From: Nitrososphaeria archaeon
GTDB lineage: Archaea; Thermoproteota; Nitrososphaeria; Conexivisphaerales; Conexivisphaeraceae
Length of the DNA: 32,000 nucleotides
Direction of reading: 5' to 3'
Assembly: GCA_046536535.1 (NCBI GenBank)
Contig: JAWDMO010000003.1
Coordinates: 1-32,000 of the forward strand
Program-made: the position numbers and the translations under genes
In this document: positions 24,481 through 32,000 of the stretch, in pieces
Position numbering within the stretch: the first letter of the stretch is position 1
Layout: every line of letters begins with the position of its first letter
Notes under the pieces: model-generated
The model's database searches: none
Told to the model about the DNA's origin: nothing
The model's input: the letters and a program-made list of their open reading frames with translations, nothing else

Positions 24481-25227
24481 TTGTCCTGGGAAGCAGTCCA
24501 CATTATCGGAGGCGAATTGAGGCTACCGTGGAGGAGGATCGACGACAGGGCCCGCGCTATAACGAGCCTGGAGGACGCGCTCCGCGTCCTCAGGACCAGG
24601 AGAAACCTACTGTCCGGCATGCTGGGCAGGATGAGGACGCGCGAGCGGGACCTCGTGTCGAGGATATCCATGGATAAGTCGAGCGGCGACCAGAGGCGGC
24701 TGGCGCTCCGCGTGTCGGAGTACCGCGACGTCAAGGGGATCATCGGGCTCCTGGAGGCGGCCGAGCTCTCGCTTGAGAAGGCCATATTGAGGCTGGAGAA
24801 CGTCGAGTACTACCTCATGATAACGAATGAGATCTCAGCCGCCGCCCAGGCCCTCAGGGGCGTGGGGGACATCCTGGAGACGATACCCGGAAACCTGAGG
24901 GACGTGACGGACGGGCTTGCCGATGCCCTGGCGCTGCTCACGGGAAACATCTCGCTTTCGGAGGACCTCAGGATCGACGCCGCGGTCGGCATAGGCGATA
25001 AATTCGACGTGCAGGACATAATAGACGAAGCGGTGGACGAGGTCTCCGATATGATAATGAGGAAGTTCGAGACGCCCGAGCCCCAGGGCATGGTACGCGA
25101 CGATGTATCCAAGATACTGGACATGGCGAAGGACGTGGGGAACGACGAGTTCAGCAGGGCGATCGCCGGGGTGATATCGGGCAGGCGCTTGGCCGGCGAC
25201 GAGGAGCAGGAGGGCGTCGCCGTGTGA
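24481..25227 (+). CDS. divergent ESCRT-III / Snf7-like paralog
   Basis: Helical-hairpin layout as in Snf7 (LRTRRNLLSGMLGRMRTRERDLVSRI; RRLALRVSEYRDVKGIIGLLEAAELSLEKAILRLENVE) and an acidic C-terminal region. Its stop overlaps the Vps4 start (GTGTGATG). Confidence 0.65.
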   Translation: MSWEAVHIIGGELRLPWRRIDDRARAITSLEDALRVLRTRRNLLSGMLGRMRTRERDLVSRISMDKSSGDQRRLALRVSEYRDVKGIIGLLEAAELSLEKAILRLENVEYYLMITNEISAAAQALRGVGDILETIPGNLRDVTDGLADALALLTGNISLSEDLRIDAAVGIGDKFDVQDIIDEAVDEVSDMIMRKFETPEPQGMVRDDVSKILDMAKDVGNDEFSRAIAGVISGRRLAGDEEQEGVAV

Positions 25228-26411
25228 TGCGCAACCCCGGGGAGGAGCTGGAGGACGCCGCCGCGAGATACGCGAGCGAGGCAATAAAGCTGGACAGCCA
25301 GGGTAACTACGCCGGCGCCGTCGTGAAATACCAGAACGCGGTCGAGGCGCTGCTCAAGCTGATACGGCTCTATCCGGACAATCCGGTCAACAAGATGTAC
25401 TACGAGAAGGCCATGGCGTATCAGGAGAGGATAAAGGCGCTGCAGCGGCTGAGGGGGGTTTATGCGCCGTCCGACGGGGACAGGCCGTCGTCCCACGATG
25501 ACGGCAACGTCAAGGTTGCGCCCATGGTCGAGACCGTGAAGGCGACGTTCGAGGAGCTCCTGGTGACCGAGAAGCCGAACGTGAGCACGAAGGACGTGGT
25601 GGGGCTTGACGACGCGAAGCTGGCGCTCAGGCAGGCGATCGTCTACCCGTATCAGCGTCCCGACCTGTTCCCGCTGGGATGGCCCAGGGGGATGCTGCTG
25701 TTCGGGCCGCCCGGCTGCGGGAAGACGATGCTCGCGGCCGCCGTCGCCAGCGAGATAGACGGATATTTCCTGAGCGTTGACGCCGCGTCGATAATGAGCA
25801 AGTGGCTGGGGGACGCCGAGAAGAACGTGACAAGGCTGTTCGCTTACGCCCGCGGCCTGGCCGAGTCGAAGCCGGTCGTCATATTCATAGATGAGGTGGA
25901 CTCGCTGCTCACCGTCCACCGCCAGGAGGTCGGCGGCGAGACGAGGGTCCGGAACCAGTTCCTGAAGGAGATGGACGGACTATCCGATAAGGGCAGGAAC
26001 CTGCAGCTCTACGTGCTGGCCGCGACTAATAAGCCGTGGACGCTCGACGAGCCGTTCCTCAGGCGTTTCCAGAAGAGGATATACGTGCAGCCCCCGGACA
26101 AGGACACGAGGAAACTCCTGTTCGAGAAGTACACCGAGCCGCTGGTCCTGGATTCCGACATCGATCCGGACGAGCTGGCGAAGCTGACCGACGGATACTC
26201 GGCGAGCGACATAAGGGACATTTGTCAGGATGCCCAGCTGAAGGTCGTGACTGAGCTATTTGAGAGCGGAAAGGCCAACGATCCCGAGAGCAAGCCCAGG
26301 CCCATAAAGATGAAGGACTTCAAGGAGATAGTCAAGCAGAGGAGGCCCAGCCTCATAGCGGAAAGGGTGAAGCTCTACGAGAAGTGGAACGAGATGTACA
26401 GCGCGATCTAG
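25224..26411 (+). CDS. cdvC: Vps4/CdvC-type AAA+ ATPase with N-terminal MIT domain
   Basis: MIT-like three-helix N-terminus (AARYASEAIKLDSQGNYAGAVVKYQNAVEALLKLIRLYPDN...YQERIKAL), Walker A GPPGCGKT, Walker B VIFIDEVD, and Vps4-type C-terminal helix YEKWNEMY. Confidence 0.9.
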   Translation: MMRNPGEELEDAAARYASEAIKLDSQGNYAGAVVKYQNAVEALLKLIRLYPDNPVNKMYYEKAMAYQERIKALQRLRGVYAPSDGDRPSSHDDGNVKVAPMVETVKATFEELLVTEKPNVSTKDVVGLDDAKLALRQAIVYPYQRPDLFPLGWPRGMLLFGPPGCGKTMLAAAVASEIDGYFLSVDAASIMSKWLGDAEKNVTRLFAYARGLAESKPVVIFIDEVDSLLTVHRQEVGGETRVRNQFLKEMDGLSDKGRNLQLYVLAATNKPWTLDEPFLRRFQKRIYVQPPDKDTRKLLFEKYTEPLVLDSDIDPDELAKLTDGYSASDIRDICQDAQLKVVTELFESGKANDPESKPRPIKMKDFKEIVKQRRPSLIAERVKLYEKWNEMYSAI

Positions 26412-27709
26412 GGCGTGAGCCTGGTCGGATCCCTCGGATACAGCACAGTCTCCCTTATGTTGTTGACCCCCGCCACCACCATGAGATATCTGTCGGCGCC
26501 GAATCCCCATCCGGAGTGCGGCGGCATTCCCCACTCGTAGAATTTCAGGTGCTCCCTGAAGCCCTCCGGGTTCAGCCCCTTCGCCCTCAGCCTCTCCTCA
26601 AGTAGGGGTCCGTCGTGTATGCGCTCCCCGCCGCTCGCCAGTTCGAGCTGTCCGAACATCAGGTCGAAGCTCTCCGACAGGCCGTCCCCGCTCGGCTGTA
26701 TGTAGAACGGTTTCGCCTCGAGCGGCCAGTCGACTATGAAGTAGTATCCGCCGTACTCCTCAGCGAGCACCCTCACCGCGTCCCCGCCCAGGTCCTCCCC
26801 GAACGCCAGGTTCAGCCCCTTCGCCCTCAGCGCCTCAAGTGCCTGCGCGTACGTTATCACGGGGAACGGCGCGCTGGCCCTGGGGGGATCGCGCCCCAGC
26901 GCCTCGAACTCGGCGGCGGAGCCGTCTATCGCGGAGTTGCCGGCCTCCACCACTAGTCCCTCCAGGAGGTCCATTGCGTCCCTCTTATCGAACATCGCCG
27001 CCTCCACGTCGACGCTGGTGAACTCGTTCAGGTGCCTCTGCGTGTTGAATTTCTCCGCCCTGTAATAGAACGCTATCTCGAATACCCTCTCCAGGGCCAT
27101 CGTCAACTGCTCCTTGTAAAGCTGGGGGCTCTGCGCCAGGTACGCCTTCCTGCCGAAGTACTCCAGCTCGAAGAGATCAGCCCCGCCCTCCGCCGCGGAT
27201 CCGATTATCTTCGGCGTGTTGACCTCCACGAACCCGCTGCGCGCGAAGTAATCCCTGGCGGCCCTGAGGAATTTCGCGCGTATCGAGAATATGGCGGCCG
27301 TCCTCGGATTCCTCAGGTCCAGCGGCCTGTTGTCGAGCCTCACGTCGAGCCCGGCCGGCACGTTTCCCGATGGATCGAGCGGGAGCGGGCGCCTGACGGG
27401 GCCCAGGACCTCGTATTCCTCGGCCCTGACCTCCAGCGGGAACTTATGGCTCTTCCCCCTGACGACGTCGCCCCTCACGTGGACGTAGCTCTGAAGCGCC
27501 GTGCCGCGGACGTCGTCCATCGACCCGCCCAGCTTGGCCCTGTCGTACACTACCTGGGCAGATCCCCTGCTATCCCTGAGCACCTGGAAGATCAGGGAGC
27601 CCAGATCCCGCTGCTCCTCCACCCATCCCGTTATCTCGACGGGCTTTCCCTCCATGTCGGGGGTTATCCCGTCAAGAAAAAGCCCTTTTCTTAATCGGCG
27701 GTCTCTCAA
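26408..27709 (-). CDS. aspS: aspartyl-tRNA synthetase (archaeal/eukaryal type)
   Basis: N-terminal OB fold (VEITGWVEEQRDLGSLIFQVLRD), class II motif 2 (FYYRAEKFNTQRHLNEFTSVD) and motif 3 (GGERIH...PPHSGWGFGADR). Start is TTG at 27709 or ATG at 27655. Confidence 0.95.
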   Translation of the reverse strand: MRDRRLRKGLFLDGITPDMEGKPVEITGWVEEQRDLGSLIFQVLRDSRGSAQVVYDRAKLGGSMDDVRGTALQSYVHVRGDVVRGKSHKFPLEVRAEEYEVLGPVRRPLPLDPSGNVPAGLDVRLDNRPLDLRNPRTAAIFSIRAKFLRAARDYFARSGFVEVNTPKIIGSAAEGGADLFELEYFGRKAYLAQSPQLYKEQLTMALERVFEIAFYYRAEKFNTQRHLNEFTSVDVEAAMFDKRDAMDLLEGLVVEAGNSAIDGSAAEFEALGRDPPRASAPFPVITYAQALEALRAKGLNLAFGEDLGGDAVRVLAEEYGGYYFIVDWPLEAKPFYIQPSGDGLSESFDLMFGQLELASGGERIHDGPLLEERLRAKGLNPEGFREHLKFYEWGMPPHSGWGFGADRYLMVVAGVNNIRETVLYPRDPTRLTP

Positions 27710-28205
27710 ACTGGATCTCGAGATCCAGCCCCCTCAGTGCCTTAATAATCTTCTTCGCCTTACCAAGGCTCACGCCCGAGTTGCGGTCGGGCCTCCCGGC
27801 CACCAGCACCCTGGTGGTCTTGGAGCCATCCGGGAGCCACACCGTGTTGAGCGTCAGAACGCGCAGCGGGTGAAGCAGGTACTCCACGAACCTCCGATCG
27901 TCGCCCTCCTCAGTCACCCATATCCTCTCGTTGTTCAGGTGCTCCTTGAGCTTCCTGAGCACGTTGTTATCCGATAGGATCTTCCTCGCATCGCCCGATC
28001 CGAGGACCAGCACCAGATCGCCCTCCATCTCGCGCGCCCTGACGAGCGTGATATCCTCCAGAACCGGTATATCCTTGGCGGCCTTCACCAGTATATATGA
28101 TACCTCCACGTCGACGCTCGTGATCTCGCCCTTCTCAAGCCTAGCCTCACATCTGGGACAGAGGACACCAATCCTTGCATCGGCGAGGCATATGGGCAAC
28201 TTCAA
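27672..28205 (-). CDS. hypothetical protein with Cys-rich N-terminus, possible RNA-binding (KH-like) C-terminus
   Basis: 177 aa, ICLADARIGVLCPRC at the N-terminus. Lies directly upstream of, and overlaps, aspS. The functional assignment is weak. Confidence 0.5.
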   Translation of the reverse strand: MKLPICLADARIGVLCPRCEARLEKGEITSVDVEVSYILVKAAKDIPVLEDITLVRAREMEGDLVLVLGSGDARKILSDNNVLRKLKEHLNNERIWVTEEGDDRRFVEYLLHPLRVLTLNTVWLPDGSKTTRVLVAGRPDRNSGVSLGKAKKIIKALRGLDLEIQFERPPIKKRAFS

Positions 28206-28407
28206 CTAATATACCACCCGGTTCTCGCTGAGCGGAGCATCCGCCTGCCACTATAAATATTTTCCTAACCGGGCCATCACTACCCAAAATACATGGCGCG
28301 ATTGCGGGCCCCTAATCTCCAACGTATCCGCAGCCCGTGCACCTGCGGCAATCCGATAATGTAAACTTGCCAAAATTTTAAAAACACTGAATCGCTGGCT
28401 TCCCTGA

Positions 28408-28701
28408 TCAGGCGCTGCGCTGAAGGATTATCTCGACGCTGCTGACGTTGCTCTTGCCGCCGGTCTGCTGGTTGTCCACCTGCTCGGTCCCTATGCGGAC
28501 CTCCTTGACCTCGACGTCCTTCAGGAACCTGTTCTTCAGTATCTGCGATGTGTCCACTGCCTTGCTTATGGCCATCCCTCTGGCCTTCAGGATCACCTGG
28601 TTCTGGCCGTTCTGGAACAGCGTGAGGACGGCCAGCACATAGTTCATGGGCGGCTTTTTGCCGATCAGGACCACGTTTGTTGGCTGAGACTGTGAGGACA
28701 T
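28408..28701 (-). CDS. albA: Alba (Sac10b) chromatin / RNA-binding protein
   Basis: NVVLIGKKPPMNYVLAVLTLF...VILKARGMAISKAVDTSQILKNRF is a canonical Alba core. TATTTAAG (revcomp of ~28740-28747) lies upstream. Confidence 0.9.
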   Translation of the reverse strand: MSSQSQPTNVVLIGKKPPMNYVLAVLTLFQNGQNQVILKARGMAISKAVDTSQILKNRFLKDVEVKEVRIGTEQVDNQQTGGKSNVSSVEIILQRSA

Positions 28702-28803
28702 GGCATCACACCTTGGCTCGGGGGTGATGTCCTTATCTTAAATACATTGCGGTCGCCGTCCCGTGCGTCCAGATAAGCTTAGAACCCCGCGCGCCCCCAT
28801 CGA

Positions 28804-30297
28804 TTGCGCTTGGACGGGCGTTCCCAGGTGGCGCATGTGCCGGGGAAACGGAGCCACGTGTTCTTCGTCAATGGGCTCCTCTCCAGGGCATTCAGCTACA
28901 TGCTGCAGGTGTCGCTACCTCTCATAGCGGTGTACTACTCGATCCTCGGGCCGAGGCTCGTCGGGCTCGCAATGCTGGCCCTCTGGACGTCCGGTGGGAT
29001 TGCCGCAATGCTCGTCGCGTACACGAAGTCCAGGGCTCTCCTCGTGGGATCCCTGGCCGCCATGCCGGTGATCTCCCTGCTGAGCGCGCTGGGCGCCCGG
29101 TTCATATTTCCGTCATTCGTTGCGCTGTACTTCCTGGTCGCGGTGATCAGCACATACCTGGCGCCCTTCTCATACATGGCCGGAAAGGGGAGGGGCACCG
29201 CGTCCTACACGGCCGGAATATCGGCGGGCATGCTCCTGGGCGTGCTCTTCCAGCTCGCCGCCGAGTCCGCTCCCCGCTACTACCTCTACGCGCCGATGTC
29301 GTTCTCGCTCTCGCTGGCCATGGCGCTGCTCTTCCCCAGGGGCGCGAATGTCGGCGAGAGGAGGAGCGCCAGGGAGACCTCCGCCGGGATCCTCAGGCCG
29401 TTCATGAGGAGGGAGCTCCACGAGATGCTCTCCATAAATATGCTATCGTCGGCCATCTGGCCCCTTATGACGATATATGCGGAGGTCTTCGCGATCGACG
29501 TCCTCCGCCTTCCCACATACCTAGCGATAGCCGGAATCGTAGTCGCGTCCTCGGCCTCGCTGGCGTCGAGGGTCATCCTATCGTTCGTCGACGTCAGGCG
29601 CAGGATCACGCTGTACTTCTCCATAGCGGCGACGTCCCTGGGCATAGCCGTGCTCTCCGCGTCGCAGGGCGCCGGCGCGTTCTTCACGGCGATGCTCATG
29701 ATAGGCATGGGCCACGGCCTCCAGATGCCCCTGATATACGCGGCGGCGTTCGAGTCGTCCCGGGGGACGGAGGTCGAGTCCTACGCGATGCTCAATGCGA
29801 CCATGGGCGCCGGAGAGTTTCTGGCGTCATCGCTCGGGACGGCGCTCGTGGCGGTGATCGGCTTCAGGCTCGGATTCGACGCATTTCTCCTGATGATACT
29901 CGCGCTGGCGGCGCTAATGACCCTGGTGGCCCGCCGCGGAGCCGCCCGCTGGACTCGCGCGCTGGAGGCCTGGGTCCATCCGTCACAGCGCGTCCAGCGG
30001 CGGGATCTCCCGCCCGGCGGCGCTCGACCGCGCGTCCACCAGTTCCCGTATGATGTCCCGGGCGTCGCCGACGTCGACGCCATCCGCCTCCTCCAGGCGC
30101 CCGGAGCTCACATTGTAAGTCGCCGCGCCCCCCCGAACGTACACCCTTATCCTGTGGCTGAAGGCGTCGCGCAGCGCGTCGCGTGGAAGCCGCGAGATCC
30201 ACTCGGCCGGTATCGATATAGGGCCGAAGCTCTCCGCCGCCGCGACGTCGGTTCCAATGCGTACATCCCTCGCGTCGCTCCCGGTCCCGATCGATGA
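28804..30297 (+). CDS. polytopic membrane protein, MFS-transporter-like
   Basis: The first ~385 aa are serial hydrophobic helices. The last ~110 aa are R/P/A-rich and fully overlap the convergent sulfatase-like gene. The start is uncertain. Confidence 0.6.
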   Translation: MRLDGRSQVAHVPGKRSHVFFVNGLLSRAFSYMLQVSLPLIAVYYSILGPRLVGLAMLALWTSGGIAAMLVAYTKSRALLVGSLAAMPVISLLSALGARFIFPSFVALYFLVAVISTYLAPFSYMAGKGRGTASYTAGISAGMLLGVLFQLAAESAPRYYLYAPMSFSLSLAMALLFPRGANVGERRSARETSAGILRPFMRRELHEMLSINMLSSAIWPLMTIYAEVFAIDVLRLPTYLAIAGIVVASSASLASRVILSFVDVRRRITLYFSIAATSLGIAVLSASQGAGAFFTAMLMIGMGHGLQMPLIYAAAFESSRGTEVESYAMLNATMGAGEFLASSLGTALVAVIGFRLGFDAFLLMILALAALMTLVARRGAARWTRALEAWVHPSQRVQRRDLPPGGARPRVHQFPYDVPGVADVDAIRLLQAPGAHIVSRRAPPNVHPYPVAEGVAQRVAWKPRDPLGRYRYRAEALRRRDVGSNAYIPRVAPGPDR

Positions 30298-31326
30298 GCG
30301 TATGATGGACGGTATCTGGGTCAGGCTCACGTACCGCCTTTCCTGCCTCGGTGCCCTCATCCATCCGGGCCACCTGATGTACAGCGGGACCCTGAGGAGG
30401 CCGTCCCTCAGGAAGTAACCGTGGCCTATTCCGCCGTCGCCGAGCAGCTGTCCGTGGTCGGAAGTGACGATCGTCAACGAGTTGTCCATGTACCGGCCGA
30501 GCGCCCTCACGACGTTGATGGCCCTGTCGATCGCATACCTCGAGTGCATGGGGTAGGCGCTCCTCCACATCTCCGCGACGTCCCCGGGGACGCTGCCCTT
30601 GAACACGGCGCTGAACGAGGCGCTGGCGCTGAGCCTGCCCGAGAGATCCCTCGGCGTATAGGGCTCGTGCGCCTCCATGAGGTTCACGAAGAGCATGAAC
30701 GGCTCGCGCTCCATAAGGCCGTTGCCCACCGCCCTCAGGATGGAGCTGGAGCCCTTGTCGGTGATGTCCATGCCGAGCTCAAGCCTGAGCGCCCTCAGGA
30801 TCGCGCGCCCCAGCAGGCCTCCCTTCCCCATGCCCAGGAACTCCCGGGCGGTCCTCAGGTAGTTCCCGCCGTTGCGCCAGAACGACTCGTTCAGGCGGGA
30901 GAATTCATCCCAGTCCAGTGCCTCCGGCAGATACGGCGACGCCGTGAGATGTCTGGTGTACCTCCTGAATCCATACTGCGGCGTTATGAACAGGTTGGCG
31001 GTGACGAAGTACATCCCATACCCATCGTCCATCAGCTCCCCCAGGATCCCGTCGTCCATCCTCAGCATGCCGTCGCTCGACACCTCGTCCAACCTCCCGT
31101 TCTCCGAATATCCCTCGTGTACGCCGTGTATTCCCGGATAGAGTCCGGTGAACATGCTCACGTGGCTCGGGAGGGTCCAGGGCGCCGGCGCTATCGCGTT
31201 CCCGTACTTCACGAAGCCCATGTCGAGCAGCGCGTCCAGTCCACTCGAGTGGTCCTCCCTCAGGGAGTCGACGACTATCAGGATCACGTTCGGCCGGGGC
31301 ATTTCATTCCCTTCCCCGCGCGTCAC
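29983..31326 (-). CDS. sulfatase-like (alkaline-phosphatase superfamily) hydrolase/transferase
   Basis: N-terminal PNVILIVVDSLRED metal-binding motif. The nucleophile motif reads WTLPSH (Thr in place of the Cys/Ser of C/S-x-P-x-R sulfatases). TSDHG lies near the C-terminal third. Confidence 0.8.
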   Translation of the reverse strand: MTRGEGNEMPRPNVILIVVDSLREDHSSGLDALLDMGFVKYGNAIAPAPWTLPSHVSMFTGLYPGIHGVHEGYSENGRLDEVSSDGMLRMDDGILGELMDDGYGMYFVTANLFITPQYGFRRYTRHLTASPYLPEALDWDEFSRLNESFWRNGGNYLRTAREFLGMGKGGLLGRAILRALRLELGMDITDKGSSSILRAVGNGLMEREPFMLFVNLMEAHEPYTPRDLSGRLSASASFSAVFKGSVPGDVAEMWRSAYPMHSRYAIDRAINVVRALGRYMDNSLTIVTSDHGQLLGDGGIGHGYFLRDGLLRVPLYIRWPGWMRAPRQERRYVSLTQIPSIIRSSIGTGSDARDVRIGTDVAAAESFGPISIPAEWISRLPRDALRDAFSHRIRVYVRGGAATYNVSSGRLEEADGVDVGDARDIIRELVDARSSAAGREIPPLDAL

Positions 31327-32000
31327 ATGTACCCGTAGCGGCGCAGGAGCTCCATGATTCCCTCCTTGTCCTGCGCCCTCCCGACCCTCTCCGGGGTTCC
31401 GTCCAGGTCCTGCTCCCAGGCCGGCCTGTCCCCCGATTGCCTCGTCTCGTACTTATCGTCGATGCTCCTGTACCCCCTCCTGTACAGGGGGTTGATCGGG
31501 AGCTTGTTCGAGAGCGTGTAGTCCCAGATATCCCTCTCGGTGAACGGAAGTATCGGGTGTATCCTCACATGGGTGGGGTCGGACCTCCTGCTGAAGAAGA
31601 CCTCCCCCGCCCTAGCGGGGTTCTCGTCCCACCTTATCCCCACGGCGAGTCCCTCGTATCCCCCATCGATCACCAGCTCCCTCATCGGCACCGTCTTCAG
31701 GAGGTGGTTCGCGGCCACGTTGTTCAGCGCAAATCTGAACGTCGGCGCGGTGTAGCCGATCCTCAGCAGCTCGTCCGCGTCCGCCGGGTCCAGCTCGTCG
31801 ACGCTCACCTCCTCCCCGTATTCGTGTCCCCTCAGCCTATCGTTTCCCTTGAATATCACGCGGAACCCCCACTCCTTCGCCACGTCCTCGATGAACTCCA
31901 GCGTCTCGTCGAAGTGCATGAAGTGGTCTATGAACGCGACGTCGAATCCCCTCCCCGTCCTCGTCGACGCCTCCCTGAACAGGTGGAGCACCACGGTGCT
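31323..32000 (-). CDS. PAPS-reductase / CysD-like ATP-pyrophosphatase family protein (5' end beyond window)
   Basis: VVLHL...DVAFIDHFMHFDETLEFI, the DTG..F.ET-type motif region, and a CysD-like tail ERVGRAQDKEGIMELLRRYGYM. ATGA overlap with the downstream sulfatase-like gene. The ORF is open to the window edge. Confidence 0.75.
   Translation of the reverse strand, partial: STVVLHLFREASTRTGRGFDVAFIDHFMHFDETLEFIEDVAKEWGFRVIFKGNDRLRGHEYGEEVSVDELDPADADELLRIGYTAPTFRFALNNVAANHLLKTVPMRELVIDGGYEGLAVGIRWDENPARAGEVFFSRRSDPTHVRIHPILPFTERDIWDYTLSNKLPINPLYRRGYRSIDDKYETRQSGDRPAWEQDLDGTPERVGRAQDKEGIMELLRRYGYM

Noticed and set aside
24810-25919. 369-aa ORF on the minus strand, one of several long alternative-frame ORFs. 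Others include 163-801(-), 293-1012(-), 1034-1720(-), 11124-11918(+), 13266-14282(+), 20706-21260(+), 23044-23649(+), 23783-24520(+), 27032-27694(+) and 30421-31338(+)
   Set aside because: All are antisense or frame-shifted shadows of genes with strong family motifs. Their translations are R/P/G/H-rich and low-complexity, as expected in GC-rich DNA where stop codons are rare.
26408-26411. The convergent vps4 and aspS genes share a palindromic CTAG that supplies the TAG stop codon for both strands
   Set aside because: A neat detail, but probably a trivial consequence of tight packing. No hairpin or oligo-T terminator is evident here.
1-32000. Searched by eye for CRISPR arrays, rRNA genes, additional tRNAs and tandem repeats
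   Set aside because: I found no regularly spaced direct repeats, no rRNA-like sequence and no other cloverleaf. The only multi-copy sequence noticed is the tnpB-3'/omega-RNA-like repeat.

Overview
GC-rich archaeal chromosomal segment. The archaeal assignment rests on TFB, Alba, aSUI1, RpoP, a family-B DNA polymerase, archaeal-type ThrRS and AspRS, and TATA boxes about 25-30 nt upstream of starts (leaderless-style genes). Most of the window is dense housekeeping: tRNA-Thr, nicotinamidase-like hydrolase, aSUI1, dCTP-deaminase-like protein, TFB, PPP phosphatase, ThrRS, endonuclease III, two Nudix hydrolases, agmatinase, PolB, the mevalonate trio (HMG-CoA synthase, thiolase, DUF35), AspRS, Alba, and a sulfatase-like plus PAPS-reductase-like pair. 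Four things stand out. (1) A roughly 0.6-kb ORF-free, hairpin-dense tract (about 21860-22446) between rpoP and the next gene; I could not assign it to any RNA family, and it is my best candidate for something undescribed. (2) Directly next to it, a Cdv/ESCRT-type module: two ESCRT-III/Snf7 paralogs and a MIT-AAA Vps4/CdvC. It has no CdvA, and a divergently transcribed TrmB-family wHTH protein sits in the CdvA position. (3) Three copies of a repeat that looks like the decayed 3' end of an IS200/IS605 tnpB plus its right-end omega-RNA scaffold (6641-6892, 9214-9576, 21422-21524). (4) The first two repeat copies bracket a small accessory operon: a serine-recombinase homolog that has lost its catalytic residues, a DHH/DHHA1 phosphoesterase, and an unknown 113-aa protein. 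I saw no CRISPR array and no rRNA. All calls come from reading the sequence and translations by eye; no database search was run.
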